Shown here one piece after another: positions 49,393 through 57,331 of a DNA stretch of 64,000 bases. The stretch is from an uncultured Lentisphaerota bacterium. GTDB lineage: Bacteria; Verrucomicrobiota; Lentisphaeria; Victivallales; GWF2-50-93. Below the pieces are notes generated by a model. It did not search any database, was not told the origin of the DNA, and saw only the letters and a list, made by a program, of their open reading frames with translations. A program made the position numbers and the translations under genes. The DNA lies in assembly GCA_903872565.1 (NCBI GenBank), contig CAIQLG010000287.1, forward strand, positions 4,936-68,935, read 5' to 3'. Numbering within the stretch: position 1 is the stretch's first letter; every line of letters starts with the position of its first letter.

Positions 49393-49452
49393 TTATATTT
49401 TGACACTTTTAACATCAATATCCAATTCCCCCACCCGGATTTTACCTCTCAT
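49393..49452 (-). pseudogene. hsdS: Relic of a second hsdS 3-prime end (19 codons plus stop)
   Basis: Translates as MRGKIRVGELDIDVKSVKI-stop, against LMTGELRVGELDIDVESVKI-stop at the end of the intact hsdS. Over the core of about 50 nt the DNA differs from 51151-51200 at only one position. Confidence 0.65.
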
Positions 49453-49493
49453 AGGACATTGCCGTATCGCCGAGGGTTTCAGTGTTGCTTCTC

Positions 49494-51044
49494 TCATATC
49501 AACGGCTTTTCCATGTCGGTCTTCCATTCCTGTAGTTCTTTCAGAGATAGAACCACATCGTAATCTTCGCAATCTTCGGCGTGATTCAATGCATCCTGTA
49601 AAAAAACCATGGCGCAGGACAGGTCGAGAGGCATGCCATATTTTTCAGCGTCACAGCCATGCATTTCAGCAATAACAACATAGTTCTGCGCATCTTTTGG
49701 ATTCTCGGTGATCGCCTCTTCTAAAAAGTCCAACGCCTGTTTGTTACGCCCTAAAACGGCCATGGCGCGAGCCAGATCGGCTTTAAGGTTTGACCTCATC
49801 CGCTTGTCCATTTCTGGAAAGCGGTCTAGGAGTTCCTTGAAATACGTCACTGAGAATTCAGCTGTCCTCATATTTCTTCCCGATAAATCGACCAGCAGCC
49901 TTTCAAAATCCTGCATCCAGTTGACAAGAAAATCATGTCCTTCAAAAACTCCGGCATCTTCGGGATTCTTTAAAGTCTGCGGCAGCATGTCCCGCAATTC
50001 ATTCCAACATCTCTTCCAGCACTCAAAAGTCTGCAATGACATATGCTTATCTATGTAAATATACCCAGCCCTCATCCAATCATTGGCCGAGATGTTTTTA
50101 TCCCGGACAGGCTTGTCCGACACTGAAACTTGGGGGGGAGCTTCCGAAGGGCCATTCAGACAGCATTTCTTGTATTTTTTTCCGCTACCACAGGGGCAGG
50201 GATCGTTTCTGCCTATCTTTGCACGCGGTGCAGTTGAGAGCCGTTGCTGCTCCTTGAGGACATCTAGCAAACCCAAGCATTCTTCTTCATTTTCAAATTC
50301 CGGATAGGGTTTCTTTCCCCATTGACAAACGAAGAAGTTCATTGACTTTTCGATGCTTTCAAAGACACGGTGACTTTTTCTCGTCTGTTCCAGCACCTCA
50401 TCAACAGATTTTTCGAAGTCACTTAGAATATAGTCCAATCTTTCGAACCCCGGATCGGCCAATCCCCTCTCGTAACATTTCTTAATCAGGGGCAATGCAA
50501 CATCAGCGTGAATGCTGGAAGCAACCACGATCGCCTTATCCCATATAAACGAGGCTCTTCTCTCCAATCCTTTTTCCAAGAGAAAAACACAGTATTCCGC
50601 AAGTGAATCCCGGGAGAGTTCACCATCCAGCATCATATGCAGCAAGCTGTCCATTGCCGAGGCCCGGGCATATTCATCGGGTACGGAATCTTCAATCAGT
50701 GCCTTTGTCTCATCCACCCGGCCCGCGCAGGTTCTCGCAAGCATGTCCGACATGGTCTCAGTCAGAATATCTCCAAGAACATGGCGTTGAACGACTTTGG
50801 GCAGACGACAAAGTTTTAAATAAAGCGGGAAAGCGTCCCGAGATCGCATCTCGGCACAAAGATGGATGGCGTAAAGAAACAGAGCATCACGATCCTCCGT
50901 CGTGGGAGATTGCAGTTTCAAGTCAATATCCTTCAACAGAAGCGGATCCGCCTCATTCCAGTTTGCACGTATGTAATCCAGCGCTTCTCGCGGCACCTTC
51001 GACGTGAACGGCCTCAGCGCATCAATCGCTTCCGTAATATTCAT
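49494..51044 (-). CDS. SEC-C metal-binding-motif protein (DUF1186-like N-terminal region, TPR-like C-terminal region)
   Basis: GRNDPCPCGSGKKYKKCC. AAGGAG RBS. 516 aa. Confidence 0.75.
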   Translation of the reverse strand: MNITEAIDALRPFTSKVPREALDYIRANWNEADPLLLKDIDLKLQSPTTEDRDALFLYAIHLCAEMRSRDAFPLYLKLCRLPKVVQRHVLGDILTETMSDMLARTCAGRVDETKALIEDSVPDEYARASAMDSLLHMMLDGELSRDSLAEYCVFLLEKGLERRASFIWDKAIVVASSIHADVALPLIKKCYERGLADPGFERLDYILSDFEKSVDEVLEQTRKSHRVFESIEKSMNFFVCQWGKKPYPEFENEEECLGLLDVLKEQQRLSTAPRAKIGRNDPCPCGSGKKYKKCCLNGPSEAPPQVSVSDKPVRDKNISANDWMRAGYIYIDKHMSLQTFECWKRCWNELRDMLPQTLKNPEDAGVFEGHDFLVNWMQDFERLLVDLSGRNMRTAEFSVTYFKELLDRFPEMDKRMRSNLKADLARAMAVLGRNKQALDFLEEAITENPKDAQNYVVIAEMHGCDAEKYGMPLDLSCAMVFLQDALNHAEDCEDYDVVLSLKELQEWKTDMEKPLI

Positions 51045-51079
51045 AGCTCAAGCTCCTTAACTTATCCTCTTTTTTTTAT

Positions 51080-51146
51080 CTTTGCGATCTTGGCGGCTTG
51101 GCGAGAGGTAAATAATTTTTTCTCGCAAAGGCGCAGAGACGCAAAG
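51080..51146. repeat. CTTTGCG-heptad palindromic spacer element (E4)
   Basis: CTTTGCGATCTTGGCGGCTTGGCGAGAGG ... CTCGCAAAGGCGCAGAGACGCAAAG. The reverse complement aligns with the element at 53929-53970. Confidence 0.65.
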
Positions 51147-51150
51147 TTTT

Positions 51151-52344
51151 TTATATTTTGACACTTTCAACATCAATATCCAATTCCCCCACCCGGAGTT
51201 CTCCTGTCATCAGCTTGTTCAATGTCGTATTGAACAAATCCTGCAACGCGGATTTTTTGGAATCATTAAACTCAAGCTTATTGGAAGTTATATCCATCAT
51301 TTTCACAATTTTATCCTGCTCCATTCGTTCCGGGCACGGAATAGACAATGATTTTAGTTGTGTGGCTGGAAGATGTGCTATTGTAGAGCTTGCACCAGCA
51401 TTACCATAAAGTTTCTGCATTTCAATCGAAAACATTAGCCAATATACTAAGAACTCATTTGAAATAATTTTTGTCTTTGGGCGAAGACGATGGAGCGCTT
51501 TTTGGTAATAGCAGTCTCGTATTTGCCCTTGCCAAATTGCTGCACGGCCAGGCTCTCCTCCCTCACAAATTAATAGATCACCGGGAACAAGGCTAAACTT
51601 TTCCATTTCTTTTGGTGTAAAATCCATTTTTAATATGTCTTCGACATCAATCTTACCCCATTGAACATTTTTATTGCGGAGATAAAGCTTTGGGTTATTA
51701 CCGATATGAGCCTTCTGTGATAACATCTTTCCAAGTTGCACATTAAATACCTCACCTATTTTCACCACTTCCCAGCTTTCCGGGATTTCGCCGATAGGCG
51801 TATATTTTGTTTTTTCCCCATGGAGTCCACGGGAAAAAATAAAATTCATTGTGGACTTTTTCAGATCTCGGAGGGACTGGATAATCTTTTCCTGGATTAA
51901 AATTGCATTCTGCAATTTTAATAGTACCGCCGCAATCTTCTCCTGCTCGGGAAAAGGTGGGAGTGAGATATCCTTTTCTTTCAATAGTTGATAATGGCGA
52001 GAATATCCTTTACTCGGTATATCCAAGAGTAAAAGGTAATAATAAAAATATCGTGGATTAATGTCCGATCTTGGCTTAATTAATTTGGTACCATCCGCAC
52101 CAAGAGCAAATGGAAAGTCAACATATTTGAATATCCTCGTGTGATCACCAAAAATTATATAAGGTAAATTTTCAGAGATCACTGTTGATACATCGTCTGT
52201 CCAGCCTGTTATATCACTTTGTCCCTGATCAACAATTGGATATTTCCCAGCAGTAAGATAGGTAGCGGCCTTAACCTGTCTGCTCCGATCTATACGAACT
52301 GGGTCAATACATTCAGAAAAATTATTAATCGTCCACTTATTCAT
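51151..52344 (-). CDS. hsdS: Type I restriction-modification specificity subunit
   Basis: Two target-recognition halves separated by the conserved LPPFPEQEKIAAVL...L spacer helix, with a matching C-terminal helix. 397 aa. Confidence 0.85.
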   Translation of the reverse strand: MNKWTINNFSECIDPVRIDRSRQVKAATYLTAGKYPIVDQGQSDITGWTDDVSTVISENLPYIIFGDHTRIFKYVDFPFALGADGTKLIKPRSDINPRYFYYYLLLLDIPSKGYSRHYQLLKEKDISLPPFPEQEKIAAVLLKLQNAILIQEKIIQSLRDLKKSTMNFIFSRGLHGEKTKYTPIGEIPESWEVVKIGEVFNVQLGKMLSQKAHIGNNPKLYLRNKNVQWGKIDVEDILKMDFTPKEMEKFSLVPGDLLICEGGEPGRAAIWQGQIRDCYYQKALHRLRPKTKIISNEFLVYWLMFSIEMQKLYGNAGASSTIAHLPATQLKSLSIPCPERMEQDKIVKMMDITSNKLEFNDSKKSALQDLFNTTLNKLMTGELRVGELDIDVESVKI

Positions 52345-52376
52345 TATTTAACTCTTTCTAACCCAAAAAAATTTTA

Positions 52377-52444
52377 CTTTGCGTTTCATTGCGCCCTTTG
52401 CGGTGAAGATTTTTTTACCGCGGAGAACGCCAAGGAACGCAGAG
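52377..52444. repeat. CTTTGCG-heptad palindromic spacer element (E1), direct repeat of 52850-52917
   Basis: CTTTGCGTTTCATTGCGCCCTTTGCGGTGAAGATTTTTTTACCGCGGAGAACGCCAAGGAACGCAGAG. Internal GCGGT...ACCGC hairpin. Abuts the GxxExxY stop codon. Confidence 0.75.
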
Positions 52445-52822
52445 TTACAAACCGTTCACCATTCTTTTGACCCCATCCTTTAGTAGCATGACATTGAAAT
52501 TCATCAGCAATCCGAGTTTAAGTCCGCTCAGTTTCAGGTATGACAGAAGCTGTGCTTCGTGGATTGGTGCGATTTTGTCTACAGCCTTGAGTTCGATTAC
52601 GACTTTGTTTTCAACAAGTAGGTCTATTCGGTATCCGAGGTCGATTTTGATATCGTCGTAGATGACCGGGAGAGCTTTTTGTTTTTCCACGAAGAGTTTT
52701 TTCTTTTTCAACTCATATTCGAGACATCCCTCATATGCGGATTCAAGAAGTCCCGGACCGAGAGCCTTGTGAACTTTCAATGACGCATCAATAATTTCTT
52801 TGCTGATTTCATTTTCCGTCAT
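52445..52822 (-). CDS. GxxExxY-family protein (PD-(D/E)XK-like small protein)
   Basis: GPGLLESAYEGCLEYEL contains G-x-x-E-x-x-Y. 125 aa. LVENKVVIELKAV is the typical core. Confidence 0.8.
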   Translation of the reverse strand: MTENEISKEIIDASLKVHKALGPGLLESAYEGCLEYELKKKKLFVEKQKALPVIYDDIKIDLGYRIDLLVENKVVIELKAVDKIAPIHEAQLLSYLKLSGLKLGLLMNFNVMLLKDGVKRMVNGL

Positions 52823-52849
52823 AATTTTTCTTCCTTATTTTATGTTTTT

Positions 52850-52917
52850 CTTTGCGTTTCATTGCGCCCTTTGCGGTGAAGATTTTTTTACCGCAGAGAA
52901 CGCTAAGATACGCAATG
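52850..52917. repeat. CTTTGCG-heptad palindromic spacer element (E2)
   Basis: Nearly identical to 52377-52444 over about 60 nt, in the same orientation. Lies 28 nt upstream of the GxxExxY start. Confidence 0.75.
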
Positions 52918-53103
52918 TTTATTTAATTTTGCTGGAAACAGCCCATTTACAGGCTGTAATTTCGGATATTTCTCCCTTGTGGAAATATATCTGTAAGTTC
53001 TTCGCTCATAATATATTGTAATTTTAGGTACAGTGTCCCCAAAATTTGCCGATATAAAGGATAATCTCCCTTCGATAGCTCTGTTACTTTCTTCTTCATT
53101 TAT

Positions 53104-53757
53104 CTACCATTCTTTCGGTTTATGGACAAATTTTCCGCTTGGCAATAGAACCTTGTCAGGGAACTGGTGTTTCGCATATGATTCGGCGGAAAAAGCAAAA
53201 GAATCAGGACTGATTTTCGCAAGCTCCTTGTTTTTACGGCCAAAGGGAAATGCAAATAACAATTTCTTCTCTGGATTCATTCGCCCAAATGTTGAAATGA
53301 CTGGTCGCAGATCTGTATCGCCGGTCACAATAACCGCAGTGTCAAACGATCCTTTGTTAGCTTCTTCCAGAACAGCACAAGCCAATGCAACATCGGTTTC
53401 CTTTTCCTCATGAGCAATGATCTTCTTTCCAGTCTCGGCATCGTATACGTCTTTTTTCTTAAAATGGCTTTCGTTGACTTTTACGCCAGTAGCTGTCAAT
53501 GCGCGGGTGTAAGCCTTATGTCTCGAAATTTTGTTGGGATTCTTATATGCGAGATGATAAGCGTAAGCCGTGAAATATGAAACCTGGCTGAGTACGGCCT
53601 CGTGGCCAATCAGGTGCAAATGTTTTTTGCATAGATTATGAATATCCAACCATTTGAGCTGTTTTCCGGGCAGGATTTTTTGAGCGTCACAAATAGAGTG
53701 GTACAAGTTGAACCCATCAACAAAGAAACAAGTGCGGATTGGGGTGGATGTAATCAT
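53104..53757 (-). CDS. NYN-domain (PIN-like, LabA-type) predicted ribonuclease
   Basis: CFFVDGFNLYHS, EEKETDVALA, AVIVTGDTDLRPVI acidic residues in the canonical NYN order. Confidence 0.8.
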   Translation of the reverse strand: MITSTPIRTCFFVDGFNLYHSICDAQKILPGKQLKWLDIHNLCKKHLHLIGHEAVLSQVSYFTAYAYHLAYKNPNKISRHKAYTRALTATGVKVNESHFKKKDVYDAETGKKIIAHEEKETDVALACAVLEEANKGSFDTAVIVTGDTDLRPVISTFGRMNPEKKLLFAFPFGRKNKELAKISPDSFAFSAESYAKHQFPDKVLLPSGKFVHKPKEW

Positions 53758-53928
53758 AAGACAATCTCCCCGGCAACATACGGCAGGGGAAAAAAACCCA
53801 CGGATCGTAACCCGTGGGGGGCCACGCGACCTCGGAACCAGGTCCGAGGATCATCGTGGGGATGATTCTGCATAAATATAGAATGAGTTTCTACTGTTTC
53901 AAGAAAATATTTCATGAAAAAATTATTC

Positions 53929-53970
53929 CTTTGCGTTCTTTGCGGCTTTGCAAGAAAAATAATTTTCTCC
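53929..53970. repeat. CTTTGCG-heptad spacer element (E3)
   Basis: CTTTGCGTTCTTTGCGGCTTTGCAAGAAAAATAATTTTCTCC, between hsdM and the NYN ORF. Confidence 0.65.
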
Positions 53971-54003
53971 CTGTGCATTTCGTGTCTTTTTTGATTAGAG
54001 CCA

Positions 54004-55818
54004 TTAAAACCCCATCTGTTTGAAAATCTTCTTCATATCCTTGTCAATTACAGTGGCTTTGCATTCCAGTTCCTCGAGTTCATTCAATATTTCCGGTATT
54101 GGACGATATTCGACTTTCTCACTTGTGTCCACATAACGGGATGGAGAGAGGTTATAGTCGTTTTCAGTGACTTCCTTATTGCCTATTACCTTGACAAATC
54201 TCTCTATGTCCTGGCCTTTTATGAACGCCTGGGCTATTTTCTTGATGTTCTCCTCGGGAATGTAATTTTTCGGACTTCCCTTCTTGAACTCTGTGCTTGC
54301 ATTAACCAGTACAATTTTGCCTTTTCTGGCCGGAACCTTATTTTTATTCAGTAGAATGATGATTCCCGCCGCTGTAGTATTGTAGAAGAGATTGTCCGGG
54401 AGAAGAATGACTCCCTCGACAAGATCATTTTCCACAAACCATTTTCTTATGGTGTTCTCCTTGTCCTCGTTACGGCTTCCACTGCCACGCGTCACCGCCC
54501 CGGTATCGAGAACCACGGCGGCACGTCCATTAGGCTTAAGCGAGGCGATGGTATGCTGAAGCCAGGCCCAGTCGGCCTTGCCGGAAGTGATTCCTCCGTG
54601 TGACTCGAACCTGTCGAAATGGTCATTTTCATAGACTGACGTTTCGAACGGCTGGTTCCACATCGGATTTGCCACGACAATATCGAACTGCCTCAGGCGC
54701 GATTCAGAATCCCTGAATTTCGGGTTCGTCATGGAATTTCCACGAACTATCTCCCCTTCCATATCATGGATAACCATATTCATCCGTGCGATGGCATAGC
54801 TTGAACCCGTAAGTTCCTGTCCATAGAGTTTTAGAGGCCTGTTCACTTTGATTTCACGTTCCTGGAGTGCAAGTTCGCATTTGATCAGGAGACCGGCTGA
54901 GCCACAGGCGTAGTCATAGACTTCTTCTCCCTGTGAAGGTCGTGCCATAAAGGCCATGAGCCAACCGACTTCTGTGGGCGTGAAAAACTCCCCGGCGCTC
55001 TGCCCCTGTCCTTCGGCGAATTTTCTGAGAAGATATTCGTAGCAGCGTCCGAGAAAATCAGGTTCCACATTGTAAAGTCCCAGTCGGTATTTCGGATCAG
55101 ACAACTTTTCGATGATTCCTGAAAGAGCCGCATCGCTGATTTCCCTCTCTCCGTTCCTGACCTCGTTGAAATCAATGATGTCCAAGACCCCGCTGAGATC
55201 TTTGCGCGTGTCTCCGGCGTTCATCTTCACTACCGCCCTCATCGCAAGAGTAAGATGTTCTCCGAGCGTTTTCGGTTTTTTGTCTTTTGTCCAGTCAAAC
55301 TTATCTCTACCGCTCACCACCGCCCATCGTGCCTCGGGAGGGATATAGAAACGAACCAGGCTTTTGTCGGCCTCGATTATTGAAATAGCCGTATCCCTGT
55401 CTCCATAGGTTTCGGACAAGCGTTCTATTTCATCGTCGAAGACATCGGAAAGTCTCTTGAGAAATATTATCGGCAATATATAGTCCTTGAACTTGGGGGC
55501 GTCCTTCTCTCCGCGGATAGAACAGGCGGCGCTCCACAATATCTGTTCCATGGATTTTGTGCTGAGAATATCACTTCTTTGTCCCTTGACCTTTTTCTTC
55601 GGAAGTTCCTCTTCAAAGAGTTCAGCCTGGTCGGACTCTGTCTCTTTGATCAGTTCCATGATAGCACGTTTCGCCTTTCCCTGAGGAAAACTTTTCCCAT
55701 TTTCCCAGCGATTCAAAGTGGAAAAGGCAACTCCAAGCTTGGCGGCAAGTTCTTCCTGTGTCAGATTCAGAGTTTCTCTTAGTCTGATTACTATTGATGA
55801 TATGTCCCTATCTTCCAT
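54004..55818 (-). CDS. hsdM: Type I restriction-modification methyltransferase subunit with a fused N-terminal XRE-type HTH
   Basis: LNLTQEELAAKLGVAFSTLNRWENGKSFP (HTH). DYACGSAGLL (motif I). VANPMWN (NPPW-type motif IV). Confidence 0.9.
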   Translation of the reverse strand: MEDRDISSIVIRLRETLNLTQEELAAKLGVAFSTLNRWENGKSFPQGKAKRAIMELIKETESDQAELFEEELPKKKVKGQRSDILSTKSMEQILWSAACSIRGEKDAPKFKDYILPIIFLKRLSDVFDDEIERLSETYGDRDTAISIIEADKSLVRFYIPPEARWAVVSGRDKFDWTKDKKPKTLGEHLTLAMRAVVKMNAGDTRKDLSGVLDIIDFNEVRNGEREISDAALSGIIEKLSDPKYRLGLYNVEPDFLGRCYEYLLRKFAEGQGQSAGEFFTPTEVGWLMAFMARPSQGEEVYDYACGSAGLLIKCELALQEREIKVNRPLKLYGQELTGSSYAIARMNMVIHDMEGEIVRGNSMTNPKFRDSESRLRQFDIVVANPMWNQPFETSVYENDHFDRFESHGGITSGKADWAWLQHTIASLKPNGRAAVVLDTGAVTRGSGSRNEDKENTIRKWFVENDLVEGVILLPDNLFYNTTAAGIIILLNKNKVPARKGKIVLVNASTEFKKGSPKNYIPEENIKKIAQAFIKGQDIERFVKVIGNKEVTENDYNLSPSRYVDTSEKVEYRPIPEILNELEELECKATVIDKDMKKIFKQMGF

Positions 55819-56160
55819 ATATTTCCTTTTTCATTTTTAAATAACACTATAAACACTATAGCATATAATATTGACAAATCAAGTTATTTTTGAATTATTA
55901 ATGAGATACTGTTAAATAAAATGCTGCAGTTTTTCTGAGCCATGCTGTTGGCGGTTGGAAGATCATTTTCCGGGTTAAAAATCATTATCTCCATGTTTTC
56001 CCCATTTTTTATCCCGCTTGTTTCAAGAAATTTTATGATTCCGTCCACACTTTCATCTAGGATATACTGTGCTATGTTCCAAATTCATTAATTAATGGTT
56101 TTACTTGCGAAAACACCAAAGTCAATTATTTTAAAAATCAGTTACTACAGGATCTGCAAA

Positions 56161-56231
56161 TGTCAGTTTAATGGTGGAGGGCCACGCTCCGTCGTGGCTG
56201 TATGGGCGGACGCGACGAAGCGCGTCCCTCC
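56161..56231. repeat. GGAGGG...CCCTCC structured repeat, short copy
   Basis: TGTCAGTTT leader. GGAGG outer arm, then hairpins GCCACG-ctccgt-CGTGGC and GGACGCG-acgaag-CGCGTCC, then the CCTCC arm. Confidence 0.6.
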
Positions 56232-56314
56232 AAATAAGTCCATTTTCCGGAACAAACTGTGCAAACTGGATGTAAAATACTTGGAAAACATAAATAATTC
56301 AAAGGGGAAATGCA

Positions 56315-57331
56315 ATGAACATTAAATTGAAAAACCTGCTTCAAATTATGATTCTAACCTGTGTGGCGGTATTTGTTTTACTGTCGCAGGCTGGCTGTGG
56401 CCGTGAAGAACCGGCTAAAAAAGATACAGGCAAATACATCTATCGTATTGCGTTCGCATCATTCGGACCTGACGCTGCCGCGGACAACGCGATACAGGGC
56501 TATCTTGACGGGCTACGTTCCGAAGGATTTGAAGAAGGTGTTAATCTTGAGGTTCAGCGCAAACATGCGTTTGGCGAAATCAGCCAGCTCCCGCAACTGA
56601 TGCAATCACTGGAAACACAGGGACTGGATCTGATAGTGCCAATGTCAACGCCAGGGCTCGCGGCCGCATTCGGCGCGGTAAAAAAGACACCGATGGTGTT
56701 CGTCTACACATATGATCCGCTCGGTGCCGGAGCCGGAAAAAGCTTCGAAGATCACCTGCCCAACATCACAGGAATTGCATCATTCCCGCCGGTGGAAGAA
56801 ACCATGGGAATAATATTGCAGCTTTTCCCCAACGCCAGGAAGGTCGGGACAATCTACAATGCTTCGGAATCCAATTCGGTCAAGGCGGTGGGTGTCGCAC
56901 GTGCCACTCTTAAAACCAAAGGATTGGACTTGGAGGAGGTCACTGTCGGAAGCACCGCAGATGTGATGAATGGAACACAGGCTCTGCTTGCAAAAGGTGC
57001 TGATGTCGTATGGGTTACAGGCGACAACACCATACTCCAGGCGCTTGAGGGAGTCATAAAACCAGTTTCAGACGCGCATATTCCGTTGATTCTAAACGAT
57101 CCTGAATTTGTTGACCGCGGCGCACTTATTGGGGTAGGGATCGGGTGGCATACAAGCGGTTTTGCAGCAGGAAAGATGGCGGCACGAGTTCTGCACGGAG
57201 AAAATCCATCCGGCATCCCGATAGTGGCAATGGCCAGGCGGCGAATTGTCTTAAATCAGGAACTTGCCAAAAAAATGGGGATAACTTTCCCTGCGGATCT
57301 GAATGAAGAAAGCAAGCAGGCAAATCCTTAA
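56315..57331 (+). CDS. ABC-transporter substrate-binding lipoprotein (ABC_sub_bind / BMP-like family)
   Basis: LLSQAGC lipobox. DLIVPMSTPG ... PMVFVYTYDPLGAG ... NITGIAS pattern. No permease or ATPase gene adjacent. Confidence 0.7.
   Translation: MNIKLKNLLQIMILTCVAVFVLLSQAGCGREEPAKKDTGKYIYRIAFASFGPDAAADNAIQGYLDGLRSEGFEEGVNLEVQRKHAFGEISQLPQLMQSLETQGLDLIVPMSTPGLAAAFGAVKKTPMVFVYTYDPLGAGAGKSFEDHLPNITGIASFPPVEETMGIILQLFPNARKVGTIYNASESNSVKAVGVARATLKTKGLDLEEVTVGSTADVMNGTQALLAKGADVVWVTGDNTILQALEGVIKPVSDAHIPLILNDPEFVDRGALIGVGIGWHTSGFAAGKMAARVLHGENPSGIPIVAMARRRIVLNQELAKKMGITFPADLNEESKQANP

Noticed and set aside
52377-52917. Direct repeats of about 68 bp as a possible CRISPR array
   Set aside because: There are only two copies, the repeats are too long, and the 405-bp 'spacer' is a recognisable GxxExxY protein gene. 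No cas genes are present.
49372-53970. Palindromic spacer elements as integron attC sites with the passenger genes as cassettes
   Set aside because: There is no intI integrase or attI in the window. I could not find the R/L core boxes (GTTRRRY) at the element ends, and the element orientations are mixed. I kept the idea only as a loose analogy in the findings.
53754-53978. 74-aa minus-strand ORF between hsdM and the NYN gene
   Set aside because: Its sequence (AKPQRTQRN...) is simply the translation of the CTTTGCG-heptad repeat element. It has no RBS.
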